Assembly: GCA_965197885.1 (NCBI GenBank)
Contig: OZ240231.1
Span: 64,644-128,643, forward strand
Length of the DNA stretch: 64,000 bases
Source of the DNA: Thermodesulfobacteriota bacterium
GTDB lineage: Bacteria > Desulfobacterota_D > UBA1144 > Nemesobacterales > Nemesobacteraceae
Reading direction: 5' to 3'
How positions within the stretch are numbered: position 1 is the first letter of the stretch; each line of letters begins with the position of its first letter. Shown one piece after another: positions 40,468-51,063 of the stretch. The notes under the pieces were generated by a model. That model was not told where the DNA came from. It made no database searches and saw only the letters and a list, made by a program, of their open reading frames with translations. The translations under genes were made by a program, and so were the position numbers.

Positions 40468-41573
40468 CTGTTCCCGGTGCTGAACCTCGAGACGCTCAGG
40501 ATGATCCCAAACGCCGCAAGCGTCGATACAAGAGAACTTCCCCCGTAGCTTACAAGAGGCAGCGTCAGTCCCGTAGTGGGAAAAAGACCGACTGCCACTC
40601 CCATGTTAAGTGCCGCTTGGAGCGTTATAAGCGCCGTAAAACCAAATACCATGTATCTTGAGAAAGGATCTTCCGCCCGCATGGCTATCCTTACGCATCT
40701 TGCCAGAATCAAGAGGAAAAGCGTGATTAATGTCATTACCCCTATGAATCCGAATTCCTCGCCTATTATCGAGAAGATAAAGTCGGTGTGCGCCTGGGGA
40801 AGAAAAAGCAGCTTCTGTGAGCTGTTTCCAAGTCCGCTTCCGTATATTCCCCCGAGACCGAACGCCATGAACGACTGCACGGCTTGGTACCCTGAGCCGA
40901 GAGGGTCCTTCCAGGGGTCAAGAAACGACATTATTCTCTCCATCCTGTAACCCTCGTTAATTATGGCTAGGGTGAGCAGCCCCACGGCCCCGGCCCCGAT
41001 GCTCAGCAGGTACCTGATTTTAGCCCCTCCGACAAAGAGCATGATGAAAAGAACCGCCAGAACGACAAAAGAGGTTCCGAGATCCGGTCCGGCCAGTATA
41101 AGCCCCACGTAAGCGCCGCCGGCGAGCAGCGGAGAAAAAATACCGACCCAGAAGCTGCCCATCTTGTCTTCTTTCTTGAACAGAAAATGCGCCATGTAGA
41201 TAACCAGCATGTATTTGCAGAACTCAGACGGCTGAAACGAGAATCCCCAGACCGAAAGCCACCTTCGCCCCCCGCCGACCTCCTTGCCTATCTCCGGAAG
41301 AAGCACGATTACAAGTAAAGCGAGTCCGAGCAGGTAACCGGGGTAAACCAGGTTTCTCAGGAAAAGAGGCTTCATGTGCATCAATGTCACCATGACCGTT
41401 ACTCCCACGAGCAGGTATATGACGTGGAATTTAAGAAAACGCATCGAGTTGGCGTAGGTTTCAAGCGAGTATATCGAGCTTGAGTTGTATACCGCTACCA
41501 CCCCGATTCCCGCTACTATCAGCACGAGCCCGAGGAGCACTATGTCGAAATCCCTGTTTCTGAAGTCAAACAT
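40464..41573 (-). CDS. ftsW: Peptidoglycan glycosyltransferase
   Basis: FQPSEF.K, PDLG, LPQAHTDFIF...GEE.G, SYGGSS. Confidence 0.96.
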   Translation of the reverse strand: MFDFRNRDFDIVLLGLVLIVAGIGVVAVYNSSSIYSLETYANSMRFLKFHVIYLLVGVTVMVTLMHMKPLFLRNLVYPGYLLGLALLVIVLLPEIGKEVGGGRRWLSVWGFSFQPSEFCKYMLVIYMAHFLFKKEDKMGSFWVGIFSPLLAGGAYVGLILAGPDLGTSFVVLAVLFIMLFVGGAKIRYLLSIGAGAVGLLTLAIINEGYRMERIMSFLDPWKDPLGSGYQAVQSFMAFGLGGIYGSGLGNSSQKLLFLPQAHTDFIFSIIGEEFGFIGVMTLITLFLLILARCVRIAMRAEDPFSRYMVFGFTALITLQAALNMGVAVGLFPTTGLTLPLVSYGGSSLVSTLAAFGIILSVSRFSTGNR

Positions 41574-42894
41574 CTCTCACGATTTCCTTAAACAGATTCC
41601 CCCTTTCCTCGTATGATCTGAACATGTCAAAGCTTGAGCATCCGGGTGAGAACAGAAGCGTATCTCCGGCTTCGGACAGCTCAAAAGCGCTTTGCGTCGC
41701 CTCTTTTAGCGAATCCGCGCATGTCGTCTGCGCCAGGTCGCCTAGCTGGGCGCGCATTTTCTCCCTTGTCTCCCCTATGAAGACCAGGGCTTTTACCTTG
41801 CTTGCCACGGCGTCCTTCAGGCAATCGTAGTCGATTCCCTTGTCCTTTCCCCCGGCAAGCAGTATGATCGGGGAGGGCAGGCTCTCAATTGCTCTCAGTG
41901 TGGAAAAGGGGGTTGTGGATTTTGAGTCGTTGTAAACATCCACTCCTTTTACCGTCAGTACGAATTCCATCCTGTGCGGAAGCGGGCGAAATTCGTTTAT
42001 GCTTTCCTGCACCGGATTCAGCTGGCAGCCAAGTATTCCCGCGACGGCTACCGCGGCCATTATGTTCTCCTTGTTGTGTTCTCCGAGAAGTGCAGAGTCC
42101 CGAAGACAGAAGGACAGTTCCCCGAACACTATCTCATCCTCCCTGCAGTAAACATCGGTTTCTTTCTCCCGGGTTCCGAAAGATACTTTTTTCGCCCTGA
42201 AACCTCCTGAGCCTTTCAGCACCGCCGGGTCCTCCGCGTTGAACACTGCCCAGTCATCTTCGGTCTGGTTTGCGAAAAGGCTGAGTTTTGCCGTCTCGTA
42301 TTCTTCCATGCTTGAGTGGTGGTCCAGATGGTCTGGCGATATGTTGAGGATCACGGCGACATGGGGCGCGAAATTTCTTATTCCCTGGAGCTGAAAGCTG
42401 CTGAGCTCAAGCAGCAGAAAGTCGTATTCGCCGTCTTTTTCCGCTACCGAGATGAGAGGCGTTCCAATATTTCCGCCCGTAAAGATTTTCAAGCCGCTTC
42501 GTCTGAGCATTTCCGAGAGAAGGGACGTGGTCGTTGTCTTTCCGTTTGTCCCCGTTATTCCTATTACCGGCTTTGATATGAAATTCCACGCAAGCTCGAT
42601 TTCGCTTATCACCGTTTTTCCAGCTGCCTGAGCGTTACTGATCTCGGGAAGATCGAATCTTACCCCGGGACTCAGCACTACTGTGTCAGCCCATTTAAAG
42701 AATTCGGGCGCGTGAGTTCCGCACAGGACCTCCATCCCCCCTGCCGAGAGTTCTTCCACCACGGATCCAAGCTCCCGGGCCTCTCTCGAGTCGGTTGCCT
42801 TTACCGGCACTCCTTTGGAGAGGAGAAATTTTGAAGTCTCCACTCCCGTTACCCCGAGACCAACGACTAAGAATCTGTTTTCCCCAAGTTCCAT
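41566..42894 (-). CDS. murD: UDP-MurNAc-L-Ala--D-Glu ligase
   Basis: TGTNGKTTT, GNIG, ELSSFQL, DHLD, NDSKST, SPGCSSFD. Confidence 0.97.
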   Translation of the reverse strand: MELGENRFLVVGLGVTGVETSKFLLSKGVPVKATDSREARELGSVVEELSAGGMEVLCGTHAPEFFKWADTVVLSPGVRFDLPEISNAQAAGKTVISEIELAWNFISKPVIGITGTNGKTTTTSLLSEMLRRSGLKIFTGGNIGTPLISVAEKDGEYDFLLLELSSFQLQGIRNFAPHVAVILNISPDHLDHHSSMEEYETAKLSLFANQTEDDWAVFNAEDPAVLKGSGGFRAKKVSFGTREKETDVYCREDEIVFGELSFCLRDSALLGEHNKENIMAAVAVAGILGCQLNPVQESINEFRPLPHRMEFVLTVKGVDVYNDSKSTTPFSTLRAIESLPSPIILLAGGKDKGIDYDCLKDAVASKVKALVFIGETREKMRAQLGDLAQTTCADSLKEATQSAFELSEAGDTLLFSPGCSSFDMFRSYEERGNLFKEIVRDV

Positions 42895-42898
42895 TTGA

Positions 42899-44011
42899 TC
42901 ACCTTATCTTCAGGCTTGAAAGAGCGAGAATAGAAAGAACAAGGCATATTATCCAGAAACGCACCACTACTTTCGATTCGGCCAATCCGGCAAGCTCGAA
43001 ATGATGATGAAGAGGCGTCATCCTGAAAACTCTCTTGCCGGTAGAGCGAAACGAGATCACCTGGATTATCACCGAAAGGGTTTCCACGAAGAACACCCCA
43101 CCGGCTATGACCAGAAGTAGTTCCTGCTTTATCGCGAGAGCGCTGAATCCTATGGCTGCCCCCAGAGAAAGAGAACCCACGTCTCCCATGAAGACCTGGG
43201 CGGGATGGGAGTTATACCAAAGAAACCCGAGGCATGCCCCTCCGACCGCCGCGAGAAAAATGGCCAGTTCCCCGGCTCCCTGCACGTACGGAATCTGCAG
43301 GTAGCTTGCAAACTGCAGGTTTCCGGCGAGATAAGCGAAAATTACGTAGGTAGTGGTTACGATGGCGATCGAACCTATGGCCAGACCGTCAAGACCGTCG
43401 GTCAGATTCACCGCGTTTGAAGAACCGACGGTGACCAGGAGGGCAAAGAATATGTAGAGATATCCGAAATCTACCACGGCCTGCTTTATGAAGGGAAACA
43501 CTACGGAGGTCGAGGAATACACCGCGCTTTCCCCGGCCCTCATGGACATTGAGAAACTTCCGCTTTCGTTCATGCAGAGAATAATCACAAACGTCGCCGC
43601 GATGAGCGTCTGGCAGAGGAACTTAACCCTTGCCCTTATTCCCTTTCCTTTCTTTATCTTTATAAAATCGTCGAAAAATCCCAGGATGGCGAAACTTATC
43701 ATGAACAGAAGTACGAGCATAACCTTGTCTACAAGGAAGTTCGTCCAGAGAAGGGATGATACGGTTATAGCCATTACGATGAATATTCCTCCCATCGTGG
43801 GAGTGCCGGCTTTCGCGCCGTGGCTGCTGGGTCCGTCTTTGCGTATGGTCTCGTGGAACTGGGCCGCTTTGAGCAAGTCAATCAGCTTTTTCCCGAGGAA
43901 AACGCAGAGAAGAAAAGAAGTCAATCCGGCTCCGAAAGAGCGGAAAGTTATGTACTTGAAAACGTTTAGGAAAATAAATTCGTCTTTTAGAAGGTGCAGA
44001 AAGTAGAGCAT
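42899..44011 (-). CDS. mraY: Phospho-N-acetylmuramoyl-pentapeptide transferase
   Basis: KAGTPTMGG, NAVNLTDGLDGL, FMGD.GS, PLHHHFE. Confidence 0.97.
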   Translation of the reverse strand: MLYFLHLLKDEFIFLNVFKYITFRSFGAGLTSFLLCVFLGKKLIDLLKAAQFHETIRKDGPSSHGAKAGTPTMGGIFIVMAITVSSLLWTNFLVDKVMLVLLFMISFAILGFFDDFIKIKKGKGIRARVKFLCQTLIAATFVIILCMNESGSFSMSMRAGESAVYSSTSVVFPFIKQAVVDFGYLYIFFALLVTVGSSNAVNLTDGLDGLAIGSIAIVTTTYVIFAYLAGNLQFASYLQIPYVQGAGELAIFLAAVGGACLGFLWYNSHPAQVFMGDVGSLSLGAAIGFSALAIKQELLLVIAGGVFFVETLSVIIQVISFRSTGKRVFRMTPLHHHFELAGLAESKVVVRFWIICLVLSILALSSLKIR

Positions 44012-44014
44012 GGC

Positions 44015-45400
44015 CTATTTTTTGTAAAGCGTCTGTATTACCGCTTCCATCTTCATTCCTCGCGATCCTTTTACAAGCACTATGTCGTTCTCCCCGCAGA
44101 CATCAAGAAGCAGGGCGGCCGCTTCCTGCGGGCTCTGCGCTACGTGACAAGCCGTTTGTCCCCGTACCGCCGATATGAGTGGCTGGGAAAATTCTCCCAT
44201 GGCCACAACCATGTCCAGACCGAGTTTGGAAACATGCTCCCCGATCAGTTCATGCTCCCTTTCGCTGCTTTCCCCGAGTTCGAGCATATCGCCGAGAACA
44301 GCTACCGCCTTCACCCTGCCGCGGCGGTGGGCGGCAAGTTCGTCAAGCGCCGCGCGCATCGAGTCGGGATTTGCGTTGTATGAGTCGTTTATGATCCTGA
44401 AGCCAAACGGGGTGCGGATAACTTCAAGGCGCATCGCGGAGGGAACGTATTTTTCAAGACCGGCCAGTATCTCGTTCATTCCGCATCCAAGCGAATACGC
44501 AAGGGCGGAGGCCGAAAGGGCGTTTGAAACGTTGTGTGCGCCTATTCCCTTTATTCTCGTTTTAGCGGACCGCTCGCCGATCTGTATAGTGAATTCGATG
44601 GATTCCATTCCCTCATGGCTGATGTCGCTTGCCCTTATGAAAGCCTCGGGGGAGGTGACTCCGTACGTGATCTTCTGGCAGTGTGCGCGGTCGGCTATTT
44701 TCTTCACCCACGGATCATCAACGTTTACGCAGAAAGTGTTTTCCTCGCCGAAGTTCTCAACCAGTTCGCCCTTTGCCCTCGCGACTCCTTCAAGGTCCTT
44801 CATCTCCTCCAGGTGGGCTTTTCCTACCGTGGTGATCGTTCCCACATCGGGCGAGGCTACCTCGGCAAGGGTTCTTATTTCCCCGAAAGAGTTCATTCCC
44901 ATCTCAAGCACGCAGAAATCATGCTCCTCCTCCAGTTTCAGCAGGTTAAGCGGAAGACCTATATGGTTGTTCAGGTTGCCGTAGGTGCTGAGCACGTTGC
45001 CTGATATGGACAGTATGCCGTGAGTCATGTTTTTTGTTGTGGTCTTTCCGTTAGAACCCGTAATGGCGGCGACACGGAGATCGGGAAACGAATTTCTCCA
45101 GTGTCTCGACATTTCAAGCAGGGCTTTTTGCGTGGATTCGACCTTTATTACTGCGCCGCAGTTGTGCTTTGCGCCCTGTATTTGCGGGTCTTTTTCTACT
45201 AGCGCTCCCACCGAACCTTTTTCAAAGGCTTCGGCGACGTAATTGTGACCGTCGAAGTTGGGTCCCTCGATGGCGACGAAAAGCTGGCTTTTTTTTATCT
45301 TTCTGGAATCGATGCAGACCCCGGAAGCTCCGACCGGCATCTTGCCGCCGACAAGGCTGCCTCCAGTGGAATTTAGCAGAAAATCAAGGCTGAATCTCAA
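44015..45400 (-). CDS. murF: UDP-MurNAc-tripeptide--D-Ala-D-Ala ligase
   Basis: DSR, TGSNGKTTTK, NNHIGLP, NDSYNANP, GDMLELG, KGSRG. Confidence 0.96.
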   Translation of the reverse strand: MRFSLDFLLNSTGGSLVGGKMPVGASGVCIDSRKIKKSQLFVAIEGPNFDGHNYVAEAFEKGSVGALVEKDPQIQGAKHNCGAVIKVESTQKALLEMSRHWRNSFPDLRVAAITGSNGKTTTKNMTHGILSISGNVLSTYGNLNNHIGLPLNLLKLEEEHDFCVLEMGMNSFGEIRTLAEVASPDVGTITTVGKAHLEEMKDLEGVARAKGELVENFGEENTFCVNVDDPWVKKIADRAHCQKITYGVTSPEAFIRASDISHEGMESIEFTIQIGERSAKTRIKGIGAHNVSNALSASALAYSLGCGMNEILAGLEKYVPSAMRLEVIRTPFGFRIINDSYNANPDSMRAALDELAAHRRGRVKAVAVLGDMLELGESSEREHELIGEHVSKLGLDMVVAMGEFSQPLISAVRGQTACHVAQSPQEAAALLLDVCGENDIVLVKGSRGMKMEAVIQTLYKK

Positions 45401-46898
45401 AGTCCTCTCCTGCTCTTGGCTTCAAGGTATTTCTCCGCGATTTCCCTGTCGTCAAAATGGATCTTCTCGGTACCGATTATCTGGTAGTCTTCGTGCCCTT
45501 TCCCAGCTATCAGGATTATGTCTCCGCGTCTGGCTGCATCCACGGCGTGTTTTATGGCTTCATCCCTGTCGGTTATGACCACGGTCCCCGGGTCTTGAGG
45601 CTCTATCCCTTCGGTCATATCCGCGATTATCCCGTCCGGGTCTTCCGTTCTGGGGTTATCCGAAGTCACTATCAGCATGTCCGAGTATCTGCGCCCGACC
45701 GCGGCCATGAGGGGCCGTTTCCCCCTGTCCCTGTCTCCGCCGCAACCCACCAGGGTGATGAGTTTTTGCGCACAGAAGGGTTTCAGGCACTCAAGCACGT
45801 TCTCAAGTGCGTCGGGAGTGTGAGCATAATCTACGAAAACATCTATTCCCAGGGCGTTTTCGATTTTCTCGAGTCTTCCTGGTACGCGCCTGAGTTCACT
45901 CAGCGCTCTCCCGGTTGTCCCGGGGGACGAACCGAGAGAGAGGAGTGTTCCGGTTGCCGCCATCATGTTATAGAGGTTGTGTTTCCCCATGAGTTTTGAG
46001 TCAAGTTCCACCTTGCCCCACGGGGTGGCCAGTATGGCCTTTATGCCTCCTGAATCAAGCGTTAAATGCTCCGCGAATACAACTGAGTCTTTTTTTTTCG
46101 TAGAAAACGTTATTTTTTGCCCTTTTTTCGGGACGGATATCCTGTCTGTGAAAGGGTCGTCCGCGTTTATTATCGAGAACACCTCTTTTTTCTCGCTTTT
46201 CTCGAGAATTTCCGAGAAAAACCTTTCTTTGGCCCTGAAGTAATCTTCAAGCGTCTGGTGGTAGTCCAGGTGATCCTGGGTGAGGTTAGTGAATATCGCC
46301 GCGTCAAAATGACATCCGTCGACCCTTTTGAGATCAAGGGCGTGCGAGGATACTTCGAGCGTGACGTTGTCACTCCGGCGTCTTTCATCTCTCGCAGCAT
46401 GCTCATAAAAGCGATGGGATCGGGCGTCGTAAGGGAAGGGGCTTCGGTTTTTCCCATGTATCTGTTTTCTATGGTTCCCAGAAGTCCCGTGTTTATCCCC
46501 TCGGCCTTCCAGCCGGCTTCGATCATGTGGGACACGGTGGTTTTTCCGTTGGTTCCCGTCACCCCCACGACCTTCATTGCCAGGGAAGGGTGGTCGTGGA
46601 AATTGGAGGCGACTATGGAGGCCGCGGTTCTTGAGTCGCTTGTTTTTGCGACGGGGACCCCGAGACCTAGAATTTCTTCTGAAACCTCCTCAAGCAGAAG
46701 CGCAGCCGCCCCTTTTTTTACCGCCGAGGCGGCGTACATATGCCCGTCAGTGGCTTTGCCCCTGATGGCTATAAAAAGGGAACCCGGTTCCACGTTCTGT
46801 GAGTTGAGAGTTATTCCTGTAATTTCCGTATCTCCCGGATTCTGCGATCCAGTTAACGTTTCAATTCCCGCGTTTTTCAGAACATCTGCTAATCTCAT
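45397..46898 (-). CDS. murE: UDP-MurNAc-dipeptide--meso-DAP ligase, split by a 1-nt deletion near 46367 (likely sequence error)
   Basis: GTNGKTT and TTPD in one frame; EVSSHAL, QDHLDYH, DYAHTPD, DNPR, GKGHE in the adjacent frame. Confidence 0.9.
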
Positions 46899-48775
46899 AT
46901 GTTCTGCTTAAGGGTAAAGGTGCAGTCTGCTCCCCTTCTGATCTTTTCTCCCGAGGGTGGATGCTGGCTGACCACGTAGCCGCTTCCTATGAACCTGACT
47001 GAGACTTCCTCCTGCTCCGCCCACTTCATTACGGCTCTTGCGCTTTTGTTCGCCATGTCCGGCATTACCGTTTCCTCGACTCTTTCCTCGCGTGGCGGTA
47101 TGCGCATGTAAAACAGGACTTTTTCGGTTATGGACTTGAAGATGGGCGCCGCGACTATCCCTCCGTAAGTGTGCTTTCTTGGGTTCTCTGCAATTACCAC
47201 GAGGGCAAGACGCGGGTCATCAGCGGGAGCGAACCCGATGAACGACGAAAGATATCTGTTTTTGTAATAGGTGCCGGTTTCCGGATTGGACATCTGCGCC
47301 GTACCTGTTTTTCCGGCGACTTTGTAGCCGGAGATCCTGGCGTTTTTGCCCGTGCCTTTTTCCACCACTTGTTCAAGAATTGCGGTAATTTTCGAAGCCG
47401 TATCGTAGGAAACGACTCTTTTTAGCATCTCGGGATTTTTTTCCAGGAGAACTTTTCCCTCCGGCGATACGACTTTCCTAACGATATACGGCTTCATCAG
47501 GTATCCGCCATTTGCGATGCTTGAAAGTGCGGTTGCAAGCTGAATCGCCGTTACCGAGATTCCCTGTCCGAATGATATCGTTGCCAGTTCTATATCTCCC
47601 CAGTTTCTCAGGTTCTGTATTTTTCCGCTGGCTTCCCCGGGAAGATCCACTCCGACCGTTTTTCCAAAACCGAAATTTCTGAGCGAATCGTGAAGTTTTT
47701 TCTTTCCTAGGGTCTTTCCCATTTTCCAGGCGCATATGTTGCTTGAATACGTTATGGTCTCGGAAACTGTCAGGATTCCGTGGCCGTGCACGTCTTTTAT
47801 TGTTTTCGGGCCGACTCTCTGCTTTCCGTTCTCACAGTCATACTCGGTGTTCTCATCTCCCATTTTTTCTTCAAGCAGCGTTGCGGCCAGAAATACCTTG
47901 AGTGTCGAGCCGGGTTCAAAGGACATCCATATGGGAAGGTTTTTTCTCGTCTCCTGAGAGAACTCGCCGAAGCGGTTCGGATCGAAAAACGGATAGGAGG
48001 CCATGGAGAGTATCTCCCCGGTCTGAGGATTCATAAGGAGGGCAGCCCCCTTGTCCGCTTTCATTTCTCTTAAGCCCTTCTCAAGGGCGGTCTCCGTTAT
48101 GTGCTGTATATTGGAATCCACGGTAAGCAGCACGTCGTTTCCCTTTGTTGACTGCTCTTTTGCGTTAAGCAGGGCGTCGGATATGCGGTTTCCCCTGCCG
48201 TCGGTTCTGATTCTCGCCGTGGCGGATTTGCCGGCAAGCGTCTTCTCAAAGCCGTATTCAAGACCCTCCACTCCCTTAAGATCGATGTTAGTGAATCCAA
48301 GCGCCTGTCCAAGCAGGGAACCGTTGGGATAGATTCTTCTCGGTTCTTCGGCGAAGCCGACACCTGAGATGCCCATGGCCTCTATTTTCTTTGCGGTCTC
48401 GGAATCCTCTCCTCTTTTGATCCATACGAAAGGTTTCTCGGAGTGCGCAGCTCTGAGCAGCTTCTTGCGGGAGAGACCAAGCGGTTTCGATATTGCCCGT
48501 GCGAACTTGTCCGGGTCTTTTACTTTCTTGGGGTTTACATAGATCGAAGTTGCCCAGACACTTGTGGCCAGAGGTTTTTTATTCCGGTCATACAAGGTTC
48601 CCCGTATCGGAGGCATTTTATAAACCCTGCTGTGCTGTTTTTTCGCGCCCGCGGAGAACTTGTCGCTTTGGAGTACCTGGATTTCAAAGGATCTGTATCC
48701 AAGAGCCACAAAGAGGCTGGTAATAAAAATAGTGGTAAGATAAAATTTCCATTTTCCTTTTCTAGAAGTTTTCAT
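46895..48775 (-). CDS. ftsI: Class B penicillin-binding protein with PASTA domain
   Basis: RG..YDRN, EPGSTLK (SxxK), SSN, GKTGTAQ. Confidence 0.95.
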   Translation of the reverse strand: MKTSRKGKWKFYLTTIFITSLFVALGYRSFEIQVLQSDKFSAGAKKQHSRVYKMPPIRGTLYDRNKKPLATSVWATSIYVNPKKVKDPDKFARAISKPLGLSRKKLLRAAHSEKPFVWIKRGEDSETAKKIEAMGISGVGFAEEPRRIYPNGSLLGQALGFTNIDLKGVEGLEYGFEKTLAGKSATARIRTDGRGNRISDALLNAKEQSTKGNDVLLTVDSNIQHITETALEKGLREMKADKGAALLMNPQTGEILSMASYPFFDPNRFGEFSQETRKNLPIWMSFEPGSTLKVFLAATLLEEKMGDENTEYDCENGKQRVGPKTIKDVHGHGILTVSETITYSSNICAWKMGKTLGKKKLHDSLRNFGFGKTVGVDLPGEASGKIQNLRNWGDIELATISFGQGISVTAIQLATALSSIANGGYLMKPYIVRKVVSPEGKVLLEKNPEMLKRVVSYDTASKITAILEQVVEKGTGKNARISGYKVAGKTGTAQMSNPETGTYYKNRYLSSFIGFAPADDPRLALVVIAENPRKHTYGGIVAAPIFKSITEKVLFYMRIPPREERVEETVMPDMANKSARAVMKWAEQEEVSVRFIGSGYVVSQHPPSGEKIRRGADCTFTLKQNI

Positions 48776-49095
48776 TCTGCTTTTCCAGCAAGTACTACCT
48801 CTTCAACGAAAACGACATCCTTATAAGTGGCGAACCTGAACCCCATTTTCTTTGCCACGGGTTCCAGAAATTCCGGGGACTTGAGTTTTGAGAGTTCGTA
48901 GTTGAAAATCTGACCTTCCTTTATGAGCTCCCTTTCCATTTCCTTGTTTCTGGAGATCTCGTAACCGGTTCTCGTGTATTCAACCTTGACGCGCAGAAAG
49001 CAAAGGGCCGTTACAAACAAGATCCCGAGGATGATCGCGGTGCGCAGGGAAAATCCACTCTCTTTTTTCTTACTTCTGGGAAGCTTTCTTCTCAT
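48772..49095 (-). CDS. ftsL: Cell division protein FtsL-like
   Basis: ATG 49095 after GAGGGG; TM, coiled coil, LKSP..LE..A...G; between rsmH and ftsI. Confidence 0.75.
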   Translation of the reverse strand: MRRKLPRSKKKESGFSLRTAIILGILFVTALCFLRVKVEYTRTGYEISRNKEMERELIKEGQIFNYELSKLKSPEFLEPVAKKMGFRFATYKDVVFVEEVVLAGKAE

Positions 49096-49100
49096 TGTGG

Positions 49101-50081
49101 TTATATCCCCTCTGCTACTCTCATTTTTGAACTTCTCGCCCTGGGATTTTCCTCCACCTCGCTTTTCCCGGGCCTTACGACCGAACGGGTCACCCTCCTT
49201 ATCTGCTGAACCTTTCCGCACGCGCATACGGGAAGGTCTGGAGGACAAATACAGGGAGAGTCAAGTTTTCTGAACATGTTTTTAACTATTCTGTCTTCAA
49301 GCGAGTGGAAAGAGATTATCACCAGCTTCGCTCCGGTCTTTAGGATCTTCACGGCTTCTTCAATGAAGATCGCCAGGTTGTCTAGTTCGTTGTTAATCGA
49401 GATTCGAAGCGCCTGAAAAGTCTTGGTCGCTGGATGCGTTTTTTTCGGGTGAAACTTTTTCGGGATCGAGTTTGAGATTATCGAGGCCAGCTCGAAGGAA
49501 GTCTGTATGGGTTTTTTTGCCCTGCTTCTTACTATCGAGTTTGCGATTCTCCGCGCAAATTTCTCTTCGCCGTATGTTTTCAGTATGTATTCGAGTTCTT
49601 CGCTTTTCATTTCGTTTACCAGGTCATACGCAGAGAACTGAAGACCCCCGTCCATTCTCATGTCCAGAAATTCGTTTTTCTTGAAGCTGAATCCCTTGCC
49701 GCTTCGCTCAAGCTGAAAAGATGAGATTCCCAGGTCGGCGACGATGCCGTCCACGTACTCTATTCCCAAGGAGTTGACCGTGCTTTTTATGTGTATAAAA
49801 TTCCTGTTTACCATCTCTACTTTTTCTTCGCTTGCCGAAAGCCGTCCTTTTGCAAGAGAGATCGCGGCCTGATCAACGTCCATCCCTATTAGCTTTGATA
49901 TTGAAGGATATTTATTTAGAAGGCACTCGGAGTGTCCGCCGAGACCCACGGTCGCGTCGACCACTACGGCGCCCTCCGGCAGATCAAGGTATTCGACTAC
50001 CTCTTTTGCCATAACGGGGAAGTGGAACTGTTCCTGGGGCTCAGAGCCTAAGGCCACGGCTTTTATTCTCTTAGAGTCCAT
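49101..50081 (-). CDS. rsmH: 16S rRNA (C1402-N4)-methyltransferase
   Basis: H.PV, DATVGLGGHS, DLGISS.QL, LDMRM, SFHSLEDR, NPRARS. Confidence 0.97.
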   Translation of the reverse strand: MDSKRIKAVALGSEPQEQFHFPVMAKEVVEYLDLPEGAVVVDATVGLGGHSECLLNKYPSISKLIGMDVDQAAISLAKGRLSASEEKVEMVNRNFIHIKSTVNSLGIEYVDGIVADLGISSFQLERSGKGFSFKKNEFLDMRMDGGLQFSAYDLVNEMKSEELEYILKTYGEEKFARRIANSIVRSRAKKPIQTSFELASIISNSIPKKFHPKKTHPATKTFQALRISINNELDNLAIFIEEAVKILKTGAKLVIISFHSLEDRIVKNMFRKLDSPCICPPDLPVCACGKVQQIRRVTRSVVRPGKSEVEENPRARSSKMRVAEGI

Positions 50082-50517
50082 ATCCGGCAAGCACCTCCCT
50101 GCTCTGTATGAAGTTATCAAATGCCTCGGAGCCGTTTTCTTTCTCCCAGATCTCCTTTGACCAGATCTCTATTTTTTTCAGCATGCCGACCAGAATGACT
50201 TCCGTCTCGATGGCGGCGTATGAACGCAGAGACTGGGGAATCAGCACTCTTCCCTGGTTGTCTATGGGGCAGTCAACCGCGTTTCCCATGAGATAGCGTA
50301 TGGAAGAGGTCACCTGGCTGTCGGTTATGGAAATCTTGGAGAGCTTCTTTTCAAGCTCGTTCCATTCCCTCATGGGGTAGGCGATGAGGTAGTGGTCAAA
50401 GTTCGTAACTACAAAGGTCTCGTCGGAATATTTCTTTCTGCAGACCTCCCTGAACTTTGAAGGAATGCTGACCCTTCCGGTCTTGCTCATAGTGTGTTCG
50501 TATCTTCCTCTGAACAT
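50071..50517 (-). CDS. mraZ: Division/cell wall cluster transcriptional repressor
   Basis: MFRG.Y, GRVSIPSKFR, D.QGRVLIP, KIEIWS. Confidence 0.95.
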   Translation of the reverse strand: MFRGRYEHTMSKTGRVSIPSKFREVCRKKYSDETFVVTNFDHYLIAYPMREWNELEKKLSKISITDSQVTSSIRYLMGNAVDCPIDNQGRVLIPQSLRSYAAIETEVILVGMLKKIEIWSKEIWEKENGSEAFDNFIQSREVLAGYGL

Positions 50518-50521
50518 TTTA

Positions 50522-50602
50522 TGCTATCCTCTGCCATTCTATGCCAAAATATATTCCTCTCATACCAATTCATAAATTATAAAAAAACACGCAAAAAGTC
50601 AA
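50522..50602 (-). promoter_or_regulatory. dcw promoter with candidate MraZ boxes
   Basis: Minus-strand TTGACT (50597-50602) and TATAAT (50576-50581, 15-bp spacer across an A-run); TGGCA/TGGCA/TAGCA repeats at 10-bp period (50542, 50532, 50522). Confidence 0.5.
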
Positions 50603-50816
50603 GTAACATTTTGAAATAGTTAATCTTTTCAATGAGCGAGCGGTGAAAACATAAAACTAGATGTTGCTTTAATAATGGGCGCTGCCGGTGTGAGATTTAA
50701 GAAAAAATACTATCTGTTGGGTGCGGGATTCTACTTGTTGGCTTATTTTGTATATACTCTCATCCGAAGACCTTGGTTTTGCGGGTGAGTTTCAGTTTGA
50801 ATTCGATTGGGGGAAA

Positions 50817-51056
50817 ATGTCTGTTTTTTTTATAAAACTTGCGGATAAGAGTTCCAATGTTCTTTTGCAGGCGATATTAAGCACCTACGGGCACCTGATG
50901 TGGGTGAGGACCGAAGTGCCGCAGGAGATGATAGTTAAGATAATCACTACACCTGAACTTGCTTCGGAAACGCGCGGGGTGCTTGAAGCGCTAAGAGGGG
51001 AAATAGAGTTTGAATTTGTCGACCCTCCGCAAGGCGGTGATTTGCCGGGGGGCTAA
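50817..51056 (+). CDS. Small hypothetical protein (DUF4911-like)
   Basis: 79 aa, GGGGG RBS, IL..Y.HL..VRT pattern; upstream of murJ. Confidence 0.6.
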   Translation: MSVFFIKLADKSSNVLLQAILSTYGHLMWVRTEVPQEMIVKIITTPELASETRGVLEALRGEIEFEFVDPPQGGDLPGG

Positions 51057-51063
51057 GATTTTT

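Noticed and set aside
49096-49248. N-terminal extension of the ftsL ORF to 158 aa
   Set aside because: Overlaps the rsmH 3' end; ATG 49095 has a good RBS and gives a typical length
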